Source of the DNA: a virus
Taxonomy: Duplodnaviria > Caudoviricetes
IMG/VR virus record: IMGVR_UViG_3300003937_000325
DNA: 64,000 nt
Direction: 5' to 3' (one strand)
The notes under the pieces: generated by a model
Seen by the model: only the letters and a program-made list of their open reading frames with translations
The model's database searches: none
What the model was told of the DNA's origin: nothing
Made by a program: the position numbers and the translations under genes
Shown: positions 34,927 through 46,966 of the stretch, piece by piece
How positions within the stretch are numbered: the stretch's first letter is position 1
How the letters are laid out: each line of letters begins with the position of its first letter

Positions 34927-37900
34927 TTATAATGGTAAACATTCAAAAGTGGTTGGACTACATTCTCCACCAAAAAGGTCCACAACTTTACCATATAAAC
35001 CCGCGTTTGGACCCACAGTTTCAGTTACAATTTTTGCTATTCTAAATTGACCCGTGCCCGTATCTGTTGGATTAACCCAATAAGCGTAAAATCCACCTTC
35101 AATACCATTTGTTATCCCATAAATAAATGTAGGTTGTAATGGGTCATTATCACAAGTTTTTTCTGAAGTAACATTGAAGTTATTATTACAAAAAGCATTA
35201 CATATTGTAACTCCAGCTGAAATATAAATCGTAAATTCACCACTTGGTTGTGAACTAGGTGTTGGTGTTGGTGTAGTTGTATTAGTAGGTGTCGGTGTTG
35301 GTGAATCAATTGGCGTACTTGTCGGTGTTGGTGTCGGTGTTGGAGTCGGACTTTGTGATGGTAGAGGTGAATTGTCAGTTGGACATTGAGTACAGTTAGG
35401 GTATCCCGTATCTAAACTTAACGAGTATGATGGCCCTGAGTAACCTGTTATATCTTCAATATATTCCCAACATCCTGGTACTTCATTAAATGTTGAAACA
35501 TTATTAGCTCCAGGATTAACAACATTTAACCCATATAATGTATCGGTATTTGTTAATTGTGAACCTGAGAATACTATATCGTAGAACTGAGTTTGTCGTT
35601 GTGATGACGTATGATAACCTATTTTACCTTGGTCTGCAAATTTAATTAATTCATTACCCGTCGCGTATGATGGTGCCGAGGTCCACGTATTAATATCATT
35701 CAAGTCTATACTCACTAATAAGGTATATGGGTTGGGGTTACCTGTTTGTACACAATCCGTACACTGTGGTAATACTATAGAATCACCCATCATTTTAGTA
35801 GTATATACATCTATAGTCGTCCCTGTTTTTATTACCTTAACTCTTACATCACCCTGGTTAGAATAAAAATTATAAGTTGAACCATTACTACTACCATTTC
35901 CTGAAAAAGGACTAGTACCTTCCCATACATACGTATCGAAAGAATTGGACCCATTAGTGAACGCTAGCGTAGGATTATTTAAGTTATACCTTATGTCGGC
36001 CTTATCATATTGTGAATTAAATGTCAATAATAAAGACTGTGTTGAACCTGAAGGACCATAAATACCTTCATCATCTTTAATTGTCGATAATACGAGACCA
36101 ATATTGTCATTATCCTGAGCGGTACTTCCAACTGTAACTTCATGTGTGTAATCACTAAATCCACATGTAGAATAGAACCCATTAACTAACCCACTATTTT
36201 GTGAACATTGAATCATGTCGGGTACACCTCCGGCGTTAGTTATTTTAGATATCGCGTTGACTACAGTATTTGAAGGACCTTCAACGGTGTATTTAGTCTG
36301 TAAACTATTAGATAAACTCGTTACATTCCAATTAGTAGTAGTTGTTAATATTTGAGACCCTGTTGGGTTACCTAAAGCTTGACCTTCATTTACAGTCGGA
36401 TTAAACGTTGTCCAAGCCCATCCAGGTTGACCAACATTGTACCAAACAACAAATTTATTTATATAACTATTAAAATAAAATCTACCATTATCGGTTCCCG
36501 CATTACAACCAACACAAGGATACGCTCCGGATAAAGGTGGGGTGGATGGTCCAACATTTTCCCCTTCAGTCATAGGTAGATTATGAACACCTAAATACCT
36601 TGAACTATTATTAATCGTACCACCCGTATAGAACCAATAATTATTGTCATTAGTTATAATAGTACCATCTGGTTGTAATCCCGTTTCAACATTTGTACCA
36701 GGGAATACGTTACGTGCAAAATATGAGAATCGTGTCCAATTATTTACAATATCATTAGGGTTGGTTTGCTCACCATATGTAATGTCATTTTCAACACAGG
36801 CCACACCACCACATCTTTCATATACACTAAATATTTCCGGTGTTGGAGTTGGGTCAGGTGTAGTACATTCTAAACAATCAGCATCTATACTATTAACAGA
36901 AGTTAATATATGTGTTGAAGACCCTTCAACTTCTTCCTCATACGTTAAACAATAATCCACACCACCTATAGTACCATTAAATGTCGTACCTGATGTTACA
37001 GTACCACCAGTATAAGGTATTGGTGCAGTTACATAAAATTCTTGTTCTTTATCATTAGGGTCACAATTAGTTAACCTCGCTACCTCACCACAATCAAAAT
37101 ACCCATCATCTATTATAAATGTTACTGCTCCACCAACAGGCGTTATACACGCTTGCGGTGTAGAAGTGGGTGTAGGTGTCGGTGTTGGAGTAATATCTTT
37201 AACATCATCATTTATTATTATAACCGCATCACAATCATTAATTAACGTACTTGTCGGTGTAGGCGTTAATGTTGGTGTAACTGTATTAGTTGGTGTATTA
37301 GTTGGAGTTATAGTGTTAGTCGGAGTATTGGTTGGTGTTGGGCTTGGACTAAGTCCTGGTGTTACTGTTGGAGTAGGGGTAGGAGTAGGAGTTACCGGTC
37401 CACATACACCTCCAACGCATGAATAAAAGGAATCAGCATAATTCATATTATAGGAAGGTTCACTTGGAAAAGGACTCCATCCAGAAAAATCTATTGGTGG
37501 GAAATTAGTTGAATCTCCACTGTATAATACATCATCTCGCCAAGTCCTTGCTCCAGTTACTTGACCATCTTTAACACATAGATAGAAAAGACCTCCACTT
37601 ACTAATGCCGTAGTAGCACTAAATGTTATAAAATTATTATCACAATCATAATAATCAATTTCAACAACATCATTAGGATTTACAGTATTACCTGTGGCGG
37701 CGAACGGAATATTTGTGTCTATTTCTAAACAATCACAACTTGAATTTGTAGGTGTAATCGTTGGAGTGGCAGTTGGTGTTGCTGTCGGAGTTAATGTAGG
37801 GTCAGTTGGAGTTGGAGTTATTGTAGTCGTAGCTGTTGGAGTTATTGTAGGTGTATTTGTAGGCGTATTAGTTGGTGTTAATGTAGGAGTATTAGTCGGT

Positions 37901-40900
37901 GTATTTGTAGGAGTTAAAGTTGGACTTAACGATGGGGTATTTGTTGGAGTATTAGTCGGTGTAACCGTTGCAGTATTTGTAGGAGTTAATGTGGGGGTTA
38001 AAGTTGGTGTAACGGTAGGAGTATTTGTCGGCGTGTTAGACGGGGTAGGAGTTATGGTCGCATCAGGTGTAGAAGTTACACTTGGAGTTATTGTCGGAGT
38101 ATTAGTAGGAGTATTAGTCGGAGTGTTAGATGGTGTATTAGTAGGACTTAACGATGGAGTATTAGTCGGTGTCAATGTAGGTGTGTTAGTCGGCGTAACA
38201 GTTACAGTATTCGTAGGAGTTAAAGTTGGACTTAACGATGGAGTATTAGTCGGTGTATTAGTTGGGGTATTAGTTGGAGTTAAGGTAGGAGTATTAGTCG
38301 GGGTATTCGTTGGCGTTAATGTAGGTGTGTTAGTCGGAGTATTAGTTGGAGTTAAGGTAGGGGTATTTGTCGGAGTTTGAGTTGGTGTATTAGTTGGAGT
38401 ATTTGTCGGTGTGTTAGTCGGCGTAACAGTAGTGGTATTTGTCGGAGTAGGCGTTAATGTTGGAGTATTTGTTGGAGTAACAGTTGCAGTATTTGTTGGT
38501 GTTAATGTAGGAGTATTAGTTGGTGTTAATGTAGGTGTATTAGTAGGTGTATTAGACGGAGTAGGTGTTAGTGTTGCGGCTGGTGTTGAAGTTACTGTTG
38601 GAGTATTTGTAGGCGTTAAGGTAGGTGTGTTAGTTGGAGTTAAAGTAGGTGTATTAGTCGGAGTAACTGTCGCAGTATTTGTAGGTGTTAAAGTAGGACT
38701 TAACGATGGAGTATTAGTCGGGGTATTCGTTGGTGTTAATGTAGGTGTGTTCGTTGGAGTAACCGTCGCAGTATTAGTAGGAGTTAATGTAGGCGTATTA
38801 GTCGGTGTCAATGTAGGTGTATTAGTCGGTGTCAATGTAGGTGTTGGTGTTATGGTTGCGTCGGGTGTTGACGTTACACTTGGAGTTATTGTCGGAGTAT
38901 TAGTAGGCGTTAATGTTGGTGTTACCGTAGATGTGTTTGTTGGTGTTAAGGTAGGTGTCGGTGTAGACGTATTAGTCGGGGTATTAGTTGGAGTTAATGT
39001 AGGTGTGTTTGTTGGCGTTAATGTAGGTGTTAAGGTAGGAGTTAGAGTTGGTGTAACCGTTGGTGTATTTGTAGGAGTTAAAGTCGGAGTATTAGTAGGT
39101 GTTACCGTAGCCGTATTAGTTGGCGTTAAAGTAGGCGTATTAGTCGGTGTATTAGTAGGTGTTGGTGTAGATGTATTAGTAGGCGTAACCGTTGAGGTAT
39201 TAGTAGGAGTTAATGTAGGTGTGTTTGTTGGCGTTAATGTAGGTGTTAAGGTAGGAGTTAAGGTAGGCGTATTAGTTGGAGTTAAAGTAGGGGTATTAGT
39301 TGGAGTAGGAGTTATGGTCGCATCAGGTGTAGAAGTCACACTTGGAGTTATTGTCGGAGTGTTAGTTGGAGTTAAGGTAGGCGTATTAGTTGGAGTTAAA
39401 GTAGGTGTCGGTGTAGATGTATTTGTAGGTGTAAGGGTAACCGTGTTTGTTGGCGTTAATGTAGGAGTATTAGTAGGAGTTAATGTAGGTGTGTTTGTTG
39501 GTGTTAAGGTAGGAGTTAAGGTTGGCGTATTTGTTGGGGTCAGAGTCGGGGTGTTAGTAGGTGTTAATGTAGGAGTATTAGTAGGTGTTAATGTAGGAGT
39601 ATTAGTAGGTGTTAATGTAGGAGTATTAGTAGGTGTTACCGTTGCTGTATTTGTTGGAGTTAATGTGGGTGTATTTGTTGGAGTTAATGTTGGAGTTAAG
39701 GTGGGCGTGTTTGTAGGAGTTAATGTCGGTGTAACTGTTGCGGTGTTAGTAGGAGTTAATGTTGGTGTGTTAGTAGGTGTTAAGGTTGGCGTATTTGTTG
39801 GAGTAACTGTAGCAGTATTTGTAGGCGTTAAAGTTGGACTTAACGATGGGGTATTAGTCGGAGTTAAGGTAGGAGTATTAGTAGGTGTAACCGTTGCAGT
39901 ATTAGTCGGAGTTAAGGTAGGAGTATTTGTTGGAGTTAAGGTAGGGGTTAAGGTAGGGGTTAAGGTAGGAGTATTTGTCGGAGTAACCGTTGCAGTATTT
40001 GTTGGCGTATTTGTTGGCGTATTTGTTGGAGTTAAGGTAGGGGTTAATGTTGGAGTTAAGGTAGGGGTTAATGTTGGAGTATTTGTCGGAGTAACCGTTG
40101 CAGTATTTGTTGGTGTATTTGTAGGAGTTAAAGTAGGAGTTAAAGTAGGAGTTAATGTTGGCGTATTTGTTGGAGTATTTGTCGGAGTAACCGTTGCAGT
40201 ATTTGTTGGTGTATTTGTAGGAGTTAAAGTAGGAGTTAATGTTGCAGTATTTGTTGGAGTTAAGGTAGGGGTTAATGTTGGAGTATTTGTCGGAGTATTA
40301 GTTGGTGTAACCGTTGGTGTATTTGTAGGTGTTAAAGTAGGTGTTAGTGTCGGGGTATTTGTCGGGGTTGGTGTTGGTGTATCTGACGGACAAGTACCAC
40401 ATGATTCACAAGAATTAAATAAATCATCAGGAATTAACTTACCATCCTCACCTGCTCCACCTTGCGATTCACCCGTAATCTCATAACAATCACCTAACCA
40501 TTTTAAATGGGTTCCACCATATTGTACGCTCGGTTTTAGACTCCCTTTACCACATGGTACCGTTAATTTTACAACTATTCTTTCTTCAGTACAACAGTCT
40601 TCTAATTCTATTATCCAAAATTGACAACCAATCTCTTTTTCATAACATTCTTCACAATCAGGAAAATCGGGAAAGTTAAATAATCCATCAGTACCATCAC
40701 CTCCAAGATTATTAGCGTAATAACAACAATTATCAATAAAAAAAACATTGTTATTTGATACTATATTTGCCGCATCAACTGCGGGAACTAATATACTTTT
40801 CTTTAGAATACTTGTACAACAGTCATACAGTGTTATTTCTCTATAATCAATACTTCTTGTTGGAGTTATTGTTGGTGTTGGTGTTGTAGTAATTGTTGGA

Positions 40901-42234
40901 GTCGGTGTTGGTGTCGGTGTCGGACTTTGTGATGGAGATGGTTCCGAACATGGAAATAACAACTTACATTCTTTACAATCTTGTTCGGGATTAGGATTTA
41001 CTTGTGGTCCGCCAGCACCTCCAGTAGAAACTATTTCGTAACATTCGTTAGCTATTACAAAGGTGGAACCAGCGGGACTAAAAACAGGTGCCTGTACATC
41101 CAAAAATTGAGTTTCGTCACAACATTTTACAGCACGATACCTAGCGTATGATATCACAGGTGTCGTTGGCGTAGGAGTTGGTGTTGCTGTTGGTGTATTG
41201 GATGGGGACGCTCCCGTACAACAATCCGTACAGTCTTCAGAAACACTTGTGATAATTACTGTGGTATTAGATACCGCCTTATCACTAATATCTGTAACCT
41301 GATAACAACAATCATCATCTGGTCCCGGACCTAATGCTGGTACATCTACTGTAACCACCTGACCGAGATATGGACAAGGAATTATTGCAGGTGACTGAAG
41401 AGTAACCCATACCCCATCTAAAGGATATGTACACCCACCTATATCAGGTGGGGGACATAGTCCTGTTATCTCATCACAACGTCTTAATTTTATTTTACAA
41501 ACCGCACTAACTGGTTGAGTGTCACCATCCTCAATAGGTGTCGTACCTGAATCACCAGGACAATTCCCACAATCAGTACCTATCCACACTTGTGCTATTG
41601 TACCGATAAAAGATACTGTTGGCGAGCAGCTCGGACAATCACTTATAGGTATCCAACACGACCCATGACTGTCTTCAAAACCATTAAATCCAACTGCAAG
41701 GTTCGCAGTATTATTAATACATGCAATAGTAAATGGATTATTACAGTTTTGAATACATATCGTACCAACATTATGCACAACATATCCGTCTAATAAATAA
41801 TGAAATGGTCCGTGTAAACTAATTGAAATTAAATCCTCCTTATTGATAGATTTTTCATAACTATAAATGTTCTCTAACAATATACTGTCTTCCGTGATTC
41901 TCACTAATTTGTGGTCATCACCTAAGTATAAATTATTAACATTTTTAAATTCAAAAGTTTTATTTAAAGTATTATATACAAGTATTTCCTTATCCCTTAA
42001 AGATAGTTCATTAATGGTTATATAATCTTGATTTTCTGTGGAAACTTTATTTACCTCAGATGAAGTAAACTCTAAACCATTAATTTCTTTACTTGACCAA
42101 TATTTAGCTTCTTGAACGTCACCATCATTAGGTAAAATAATAGTTTGCAGAGACATACCCTCTTGAACATCTTCAATATTCAAAAGAGTACCATCAAGTA
42201 ATAAAACTTTTTGACCTACTTTATATCCAACCAT
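34927..42234 (-). CDS. 2435-aa giant virion fibre-like protein: N-terminal Hint domain, Cys modules, ~880-aa Pro/Thr stalk, lectin-like domain
   Basis: see Hint and repeat features; GFYS...[10 protein letters not shown]...DNDNIGLV segment resembles L-type lectin/thrombospondin-C-like beta sandwiches; TATTTAT upstream. Confidence 0.75.
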   Translation of the reverse strand: MVGYKVGQKVLLLDGTLLNIEDVQEGMSLQTIILPNDGDVQEAKYWSSKEINGLEFTSSEVNKVSTENQDYITINELSLRDKEILVYNTLNKTFEFKNVNNLYLGDDHKLVRITEDSILLENIYSYEKSINKEDLISISLHGPFHYLLDGYVVHNVGTICIQNCNNPFTIACINNTANLAVGFNGFEDSHGSCWIPISDCPSCSPTVSFIGTIAQVWIGTDCGNCPGDSGTTPIEDGDTQPVSAVCKIKLRRCDEITGLCPPPDIGGCTYPLDGVWVTLQSPAIIPCPYLGQVVTVDVPALGPGPDDDCCYQVTDISDKAVSNTTVIITSVSEDCTDCCTGASPSNTPTATPTPTPTTPVISYARYRAVKCCDETQFLDVQAPVFSPAGSTFVIANECYEIVSTGGAGGPQVNPNPEQDCKECKLLFPCSEPSPSQSPTPTPTPTPTITTTPTPTITPTRSIDYREITLYDCCTSILKKSILVPAVDAANIVSNNNVFFIDNCCYYANNLGGDGTDGLFNFPDFPDCEECYEKEIGCQFWIIELEDCCTEERIVVKLTVPCGKGSLKPSVQYGGTHLKWLGDCYEITGESQGGAGEDGKLIPDDLFNSCESCGTCPSDTPTPTPTNTPTLTPTLTPTNTPTVTPTNTPTNTPTLTPTLTPTNTATLTPTLTPTNTPTNTATVTPTNTPTNTPTLTPTLTPTLTPTNTPTNTATVTPTNTPTLTPTLTPTLTPTLTPTNTPTNTPTNTATVTPTNTPTLTPTLTPTLTPTNTPTLTPTNTATVTPTNTPTLTPTNTPSLSPTLTPTNTATVTPTNTPTLTPTNTPTLTPTNTATVTPTLTPTNTPTLTPTLTPTNTPTLTPTNTATVTPTNTPTLTPTNTPTLTPTNTPTLTPTNTPTLTPTNTPTLTPTLTPTNTPTLTPTNTPTLTPTNTVTLTPTNTSTPTPTLTPTNTPTLTPTNTPTITPSVTSTPDATITPTPTNTPTLTPTNTPTLTPTLTPTLTPTNTPTLTPTNTSTVTPTNTSTPTPTNTPTNTPTLTPTNTATVTPTNTPTLTPTNTPTVTPTLTPTLTPTLTPTNTPTLTPTNTPTNTSTPTPTLTPTNTSTVTPTLTPTNTPTITPSVTSTPDATITPTPTLTPTNTPTLTPTNTPTLTPTNTATVTPTNTPTLTPTNTPTNTPSLSPTLTPTNTATVTPTNTPTLTPTNTPTLTPTNTPTVTSTPAATLTPTPSNTPTNTPTLTPTNTPTLTPTNTATVTPTNTPTLTPTPTNTTTVTPTNTPTNTPTNTPTQTPTNTPTLTPTNTPTNTPTLTPTNTPTNTPTLTPTNTPTNTPTNTPSLSPTLTPTNTVTVTPTNTPTLTPTNTPSLSPTNTPSNTPTNTPTNTPTITPSVTSTPDATITPTPSNTPTNTPTVTPTLTPTLTPTNTATVTPTNTPTNTPSLSPTLTPTNTPTNTPTLTPTNTPTNTPTITPTATTTITPTPTDPTLTPTATPTATPTITPTNSSCDCLEIDTNIPFAATGNTVNPNDVVEIDYYDCDNNFITFSATTALVSGGLFYLCVKDGQVTGARTWRDDVLYSGDSTNFPPIDFSGWSPFPSEPSYNMNYADSFYSCVGGVCGPVTPTPTPTPTVTPGLSPSPTPTNTPTNTITPTNTPTNTVTPTLTPTPTSTLINDCDAVIIINDDVKDITPTPTPTPTSTPQACITPVGGAVTFIIDDGYFDCGEVARLTNCDPNDKEQEFYVTAPIPYTGGTVTSGTTFNGTIGGVDYCLTYEEEVEGSSTHILTSVNSIDADCLECTTPDPTPTPEIFSVYERCGGVACVENDITYGEQTNPNDIVNNWTRFSYFARNVFPGTNVETGLQPDGTIITNDNNYWFYTGGTINNSSRYLGVHNLPMTEGENVGPSTPPLSGAYPCVGCNAGTDNGRFYFNSYINKFVVWYNVGQPGWAWTTFNPTVNEGQALGNPTGSQILTTTTNWNVTSLSNSLQTKYTVEGPSNTVVNAISKITNAGGVPDMIQCSQNSGLVNGFYSTCGFSDYTHEVTVGSTAQDNDNIGLVLSTIKDDEGIYGPSGSTQSLLLTFNSQYDKADIRYNLNNPTLAFTNGSNSFDTYVWEGTSPFSGNGSSNGSTYNFYSNQGDVRVKVIKTGTTIDVYTTKMMGDSIVLPQCTDCVQTGNPNPYTLLVSIDLNDINTWTSAPSYATGNELIKFADQGKIGYHTSSQRQTQFYDIVFSGSQLTNTDTLYGLNVVNPGANNVSTFNEVPGCWEYIEDITGYSGPSYSLSLDTGYPNCTQCPTDNSPLPSQSPTPTPTPTPTSTPIDSPTPTPTNTTTPTPTPSSQPSGEFTIYISAGVTICNAFCNNNFNVTSEKTCDNDPLQPTFIYGITNGIEGGFYAYWVNPTDTGTGQFRIAKIVTETVGPNAGLYGKVVDLFGGECSPTTFECLPL
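37745..40380 (-). repeat. (P-T-x-T)n mucin-like coding repeat, ~880 aa
   Basis: [16 protein letters not shown] units punctuated by NTATVT, PSLSPT and [12 protein letters not shown] cassettes. Confidence 0.95.
41770..42234 (-). other. Hint (intein-like/BIL) domain at the protein N-terminus, residues 1-155
   Basis: [20 protein letters not shown] (block A-like) and [11 protein letters not shown] (blocks F/G, terminal His154-Asn155); no Cys1, no block-B TxxH, +1 residue Val. Confidence 0.75.
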
Positions 42235-42253
42235 ATAACTAAATACTTTCTAT

Positions 42254-42260
42254 ATAAATA
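42254..42260 (-). promoter_or_regulatory. TATTTAT putative late promoter element
   Basis: 19 nt upstream of ATG 42234. Confidence 0.5.
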
Positions 42261-42288
42261 ATCGCATAAGCGATTTTGTGACATTTTA

Positions 42289-43959
42289 TTATGACTCTTT
42301 TCTTAATTTACCATCATAGTGGTCAAATCGGTCATGTTCTGTTGGTGTAAGTAATAAAATACCAGGGTTTATATTACCCTTTACGGTTTCTTGAAAAATA
42401 TATGACATCCAAGTCTGTTCAAATGGTCTTTCCCACTTTTCAGTTAAAAACATTTTTTTATTACCGTACTTAGAGACCACTTGAGGCCAATTACAGTAAT
42501 ATATTTCACCATGGGCATATGGTACACCATTAAAGGAGTCTATTTTAGTTAATTTAGTCTTAGGTGCGTTGGGGTCTAAACCTTGGATGGGTAATGTTGG
42601 TTTTTCTGGCCATTGATTTTCTCTAAAATTTTGAGGAACATTATACCATGCCCATTGAACCCTATTATCCCCATAAAACTCAGTAAATGATAATTTTAAA
42701 AAATCGAAATCATTTTTTTTACTTATTTGTAATGACTTTCTATATAATCCATCAACAAACCTGTTAAAACCGTTTTTACCGACCTCACCTTTCTTAGGAT
42801 AAAAAAACATATCATCCTCAAAAAAGAAATAATAATCATAACCCCTCTTTTCGGCATCTTCGGCAATCCACTGTCTACCACCACATATACCTAAATTATC
42901 TTTTTTAACATGTATTATATCGTGTTCTTTACATAGTTTTTTGTATTCAGGTGTAGTCTCTAAATCAGTGGAATTATCTAATAATATCCATTGAGGTTTT
43001 TCGACAAAGTCTTTATCGTATTGATTCATAGACTTAATTAGTGTTTTAACCTGATTAGGACTATTAAACGTTATAACATACAAACCAACATTATTAATAT
43101 TTAAATCATTACTTTTTATTTTCACCTTGGATTCATTTAAAACTTTATGTTTGTTATTTTTCACATCTTCAAAAAACTTACTTATTAAACCATTACTTTC
43201 GATTGGGAAATATTGATACAAATCAGGATGTCTATAAAGTAATATTGTAAATAGAGATTCTTCAGTACCCATATAACCTTCATTTAACGTACTTTTCATT
43301 AAATTATAATATTGGTTATTAAAATCGGATATAGACTCAACTGGACCACCGAAAAAACCTCCTCTACACACCTTATCAACTTTAGATGATGTTAATTCAC
43401 ACATTTTCTTATAATTAAACCCATGAATTTCATTTTCAGCCTTATATGGGAAAGATATAAATGTTATTTTATCAATATTACCTAACTTATCAATTACTTT
43501 ATCGTGGGTAAAATATCCAGAGTGTACAGTATTCGTAATACCCGCATCTAACCAATATAAATGAGTAGATTTAAATCTATCCATTATCTTAGCGTCATGC
43601 ATTAGAAATACTTTAGACATCACAAGAGGGTTATACATATCTAATTTAGATTGTGTCGATTCACCTAACCAACCCGCCTGAGCTCTCCATTTTTCTGACT
43701 GCCTTATTTCTGAAATCTTATCATAAAACTCGTTTTTAAACCATTTTTGGTCCCTAACTATAAATTGTGTATTTTCTTTTGTTCTTTTTTTAAAAACAAA
43801 CTCTTCAATTTCTTTATCACCAAATATTATAAGATTATACGGTAAATCTAAAAATTGATTAAATTTTTCTAAATAATGTTCAAACGTTCGAGACCACCCT
43901 TCAGATAATTCGTCTCTTTTTATATTCCATAAACCTGTTACTATAGTGATATTATCCAT
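42289..43959 (-). CDS. bifunctional glycosyltransferase: HtrL/YibB-like N-domain + GT-A (GT2-like) C-domain
   Basis: ITIVTGLWNIKR...YNPLVMSKVFL...YWLDAGI, CRGGFFGG, GTEESLF; then LYVITFN, LLDNS, NLGICGGR, FFEDDM (ExD/DxD). Confidence 0.8.
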   Translation of the reverse strand: MDNITIVTGLWNIKRDELSEGWSRTFEHYLEKFNQFLDLPYNLIIFGDKEIEEFVFKKRTKENTQFIVRDQKWFKNEFYDKISEIRQSEKWRAQAGWLGESTQSKLDMYNPLVMSKVFLMHDAKIMDRFKSTHLYWLDAGITNTVHSGYFTHDKVIDKLGNIDKITFISFPYKAENEIHGFNYKKMCELTSSKVDKVCRGGFFGGPVESISDFNNQYYNLMKSTLNEGYMGTEESLFTILLYRHPDLYQYFPIESNGLISKFFEDVKNNKHKVLNESKVKIKSNDLNINNVGLYVITFNSPNQVKTLIKSMNQYDKDFVEKPQWILLDNSTDLETTPEYKKLCKEHDIIHVKKDNLGICGGRQWIAEDAEKRGYDYYFFFEDDMFFYPKKGEVGKNGFNRFVDGLYRKSLQISKKNDFDFLKLSFTEFYGDNRVQWAWYNVPQNFRENQWPEKPTLPIQGLDPNAPKTKLTKIDSFNGVPYAHGEIYYCNWPQVVSKYGNKKMFLTEKWERPFEQTWMSYIFQETVKGNINPGILLLTPTEHDRFDHYDGKLRKES

Positions 43960-44573
43960 TACTCTTTTATTTTACAAACCCATACAACTTTATCAAAAGT
44001 TTCTTTCATAAAACTTTTTAAATTATATTTTTCACACGTTTCCTTTATGTCTTCTTCTCCAATTTCTCTCCAATTCCAAATTTTATCCCTATAATTCTCT
44101 AAAAAGTTTTCTTTAGTATCTACATAGTCGTGAGCCATTATAATATCCCCACTTTTTAAGTACTTTGACAAAATTATAAATTCATTGACTTTACTTCCTC
44201 CATCACATAATACTAATGTAGTCCCTTCTCGACCAATGAACGATTCAACCATTTCTGGTTTTTCAATTTCTTTATATGAATGTGAAAAAATATTTTCAAC
44301 AATAATTTCAATATTTCTCTTTCTCATTTCTGGAAACCATTTATGTTCTTTCACTTCAAAAGATTTAATATCTGTTTTTTCTAACCCTATCTCATCTAAA
44401 GTTTCTCTTATTGAGAGTGTTGTCCCCCCACCAGCAGTTCCAATTTCTACTATTTGTTTAGGTTTAATTTCTTTTAATAGCTTTTCAAAAGCACCACTAA
44501 CTTCAGGTTTTTGTTGCATTGTTAGTCTAAAATTTGGTGTTATTTTTGAAATATATGAAGTATGTCCTTTCAT
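43959..44573 (-). CDS. class I SAM-dependent methyltransferase (CmcI/Methyltransf_24-like; possible sugar O-methyltransferase)
   Basis: KPKQIVEIGTAGGGT motif I, VLCDGG, LKSGDIIMAHD. Confidence 0.8.
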   Translation of the reverse strand: MKGHTSYISKITPNFRLTMQQKPEVSGAFEKLLKEIKPKQIVEIGTAGGGTTLSIRETLDEIGLEKTDIKSFEVKEHKWFPEMRKRNIEIIVENIFSHSYKEIEKPEMVESFIGREGTTLVLCDGGSKVNEFIILSKYLKSGDIIMAHDYVDTKENFLENYRDKIWNWREIGEEDIKETCEKYNLKSFMKETFDKVVWVCKIKE

Positions 44574-44580
44574 TTTTTTA

Positions 44581-45579
44581 TTATATTAATTTTAATTTAT
44601 TAATGACCAATTCCGCACTTTTTGGCCATCTCATATTTTTATCGTACCAATCTCTTTGGTTTTTACTTATAAATTTTAAAAATTCGTCATCGTTTTTTAC
44701 TTCGTTATATTTAGAAATAATTAAATTTGTTACCCCTTCATGACCATTTTTATCAAATTCTAAATATGCATGTTCTCTAGGTATTGTTATATAGTGATAA
44801 TTAGGTATGAAAGCCTCATGTATCTCGCTTTTATATTCTATTCTTATATACGGAACACCAATCGCCATCATTTCAATATCTCTATAACAAAGCTCACCAG
44901 GGTGTTCATTAGCACTATTAAACATATCAACATCCATATAGTGAGATAATGCAATTTTTTGTTTACTTAATTGATTAAGGTAAGTATCAATATGTATATT
45001 ATTAGGGTCTAAATATTTTTTATCATATAGTAATCTAACAACATTTCGGTATGCAGTTTTTTCATCACCTTTCCAACCACCCCCTTTGAAGTACAACTTG
45101 TCATTTAAGATATCAGTATTATCTCTAATTTCTCGGTGTTTATTAACATCAAAATCTTGAAAAAAACCGAAAATAAATGGATGTACCTTATCTAACTTAT
45201 TTAATAGTCTATTTTTTTTTAAGTGTTCAACAATATATCTCCTACTAAAATGTGCTGACATTATACCTAAACATTTATCACTTTTTAGATAATGAACCAC
45301 TTGCGATGTGAAATACTTAGTAAAAGTTATGACAATAAATTCGCCATTATCTAAATTTTCTGCAATAAAATCAACATCACTTAATGGTGGATTATTACCA
45401 AATTGACCCACTTTAGATTGTAAATCTATTCTACCACTAAATGTGCCACCATCTTTATTATAATTAACTACTTCAACCTCTGAAAATTGCTTTAAAAATT
45501 CTATAAATTTTTTATACCAAGGTAAATGATACCTACCCCATTTTTCATTTTGAAACATATGTACTCTCAGTTTTGCCAT
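44581..45579 (-). CDS. GT-B-like glycosyltransferase (CgeB/Glyco_trans_1_2- or exostosin-like C-terminus)
   Basis: KLYFKGG, YLNQLSKQKIALS, CYRDIEMMAIGVP, F.PN.HYI, IS.N.R.WY: C-terminal pattern of this group. Confidence 0.7.
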   Translation of the reverse strand: MAKLRVHMFQNEKWGRYHLPWYKKFIEFLKQFSEVEVVNYNKDGGTFSGRIDLQSKVGQFGNNPPLSDVDFIAENLDNGEFIVITFTKYFTSQVVHYLKSDKCLGIMSAHFSRRYIVEHLKKNRLLNKLDKVHPFIFGFFQDFDVNKHREIRDNTDILNDKLYFKGGGWKGDEKTAYRNVVRLLYDKKYLDPNNIHIDTYLNQLSKQKIALSHYMDVDMFNSANEHPGELCYRDIEMMAIGVPYIRIEYKSEIHEAFIPNYHYITIPREHAYLEFDKNGHEGVTNLIISKYNEVKNDDEFLKFISKNQRDWYDKNMRWPKSAELVINKLKLI

Positions 45580-45590
45580 ATATATCTACA

Positions 45591-46859
45591 CTATAAATTT
45601 CCTATTATTCGTTCACCCCAACCTTTAGACTCTGAAAATGGCCAAACTACCCAATACTTAGGTTTTTCAGCTGTAGGGAACTCTCTCCAAACTTTACAAT
45701 AACCTGCAGGGTCTGTCATCATTCGTTTAATCTCGTTTTTATCCGCATCCTTTCTAAATAAAGTCTTATCATCTTCTCCATGAAATGCAACTACCCAATA
45801 TTCATAATCTTTTTCAGGTACTTTATCAAACCCAACATCTATACAATGTTTAAATATTGAAGAAAAACTTTCTAACCATTTTTTCTCACCACCAAGTTCT
45901 TTTATGCCTGGATTTGGTGGATAATTTTTATCAATAGTATGTTGTTGTATAGCTCTTTTTGAAAATAGTAAACCTGAATACTCCTCATATTGCCTTAAAG
46001 TTCTTTCAGTACCAAACCCATATATACCTTCGTGACCTTCTTGTTTTTCACCATCCATACCAAATAACTTTCTATTAGTTAAATGTGAATGACTATTTTT
46101 TTCTCCCCATGTACTATCATCATCCCATTGTTTAGTTCTACCCTTACGAGTATACTCATGCCAAATCAATGTTTTATGTGGGTGAAATAAATCATATCCC
46201 CATGTAAATGCCCTAACTGCGATTGATATTTCTTCCCCGTGAAAATAATATTCTGGATTATGTTGTACTTCTTCAGAAAACTGACCTAAGGTAAAGCACA
46301 TATGTGCCGAATAGAACCTTGATGGTACTGGTGTATCTAATTCCTTCCAATTCGGTATTGTTTCAGGTAAGAAAAATACTGCACCTTCAGGAATAAACCT
46401 ATCAAAAGCCATTCTCCATGGTTCCATAACTCGTCCTTGAGGGTCGTTATCGGGGTTATATGACGACACATAACCCGTTAACAATGGTTTAGGAATACCT
46501 ATTTTTTGGAGGTCTTTAACCATCTTTATTAGTTCTGTATCCCAATTTGGTGCAAATCTCATATGTGAATCAATTTGTAAAGTATACATTTCACCACCAT
46601 AAAGTTGTTGAACTTGATTTCTAGCCCAACATACTCCTTTAGCATCAGTATAAAGTACATCACTAATTCGGAACCTTTTATCGTCTCGATACTTATCTAA
46701 GTTATCAAATCCGTCCTCAGGGTGATATTGTCTACAAATACCTAACACTAAATTCTGAGGTTTCTTAGCGTTCTCCAACATATCCTCAATAGTTTTCACT
46801 AATTCAGGGTCTCGATATGCGGCTATTTGTACAAAAATTGTTTGTGGTTTACGAGCCAT
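45591..46859 (-). CDS. GT60-family alpha-GlcNAc transferase homologue (Skp1-HyPro Gnt1 / polypeptide GlcNAc-T type)
   Basis: IFVQIAAYRDPE, AKGVCWARNQVQQ, LQIDSHMRFAPNWD (DxH), YFHGEEISIAVRAFTWGYDLFHP, WHEYTR: all hallmark GT60 motifs in order. Confidence 0.9.
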   Translation of the reverse strand: MARKPQTIFVQIAAYRDPELVKTIEDMLENAKKPQNLVLGICRQYHPEDGFDNLDKYRDDKRFRISDVLYTDAKGVCWARNQVQQLYGGEMYTLQIDSHMRFAPNWDTELIKMVKDLQKIGIPKPLLTGYVSSYNPDNDPQGRVMEPWRMAFDRFIPEGAVFFLPETIPNWKELDTPVPSRFYSAHMCFTLGQFSEEVQHNPEYYFHGEEISIAVRAFTWGYDLFHPHKTLIWHEYTRKGRTKQWDDDSTWGEKNSHSHLTNRKLFGMDGEKQEGHEGIYGFGTERTLRQYEEYSGLLFSKRAIQQHTIDKNYPPNPGIKELGGEKKWLESFSSIFKHCIDVGFDKVPEKDYEYWVVAFHGEDDKTLFRKDADKNEIKRMMTDPAGYCKVWREFPTAEKPKYWVVWPFSESKGWGERIIGNL

Positions 46860-46952
46860 TGTTTTTATTTTATTTAAAAGTTTATATTTTATTCTTATAC
46901 TAAAAAATCATATAAAAAAATCAATTGTAAAGAACTAAACACCATTTTCAGA

Positions 46953-46959
46953 TATTTAT
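46953..46959 (+). promoter_or_regulatory. TATTTAT putative late promoter element
   Basis: 7 nt upstream of ATG 46967. Confidence 0.5.
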
Positions 46960-46966
46960 AATTGAT

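Noticed and set aside
37694-40486. long + strand ORFs of (VGV)n (also 33550..34146, 37166..37426, 54331..56448, 57649..57879)
   Set aside because: antisense shadows of the Pro/Thr repeats: the reverse complements of Thr, Pro and Asn codons are never stops in that frame; they have no independent start context or domain content
41770-42234. true protein-splicing intein
   Set aside because: it is at the very N-terminus (no N-extein), lacks Cys1/Ser1 and block-B His, has Val at +1 and has no homing endonuclease; kept only as a cleavage-type Hint
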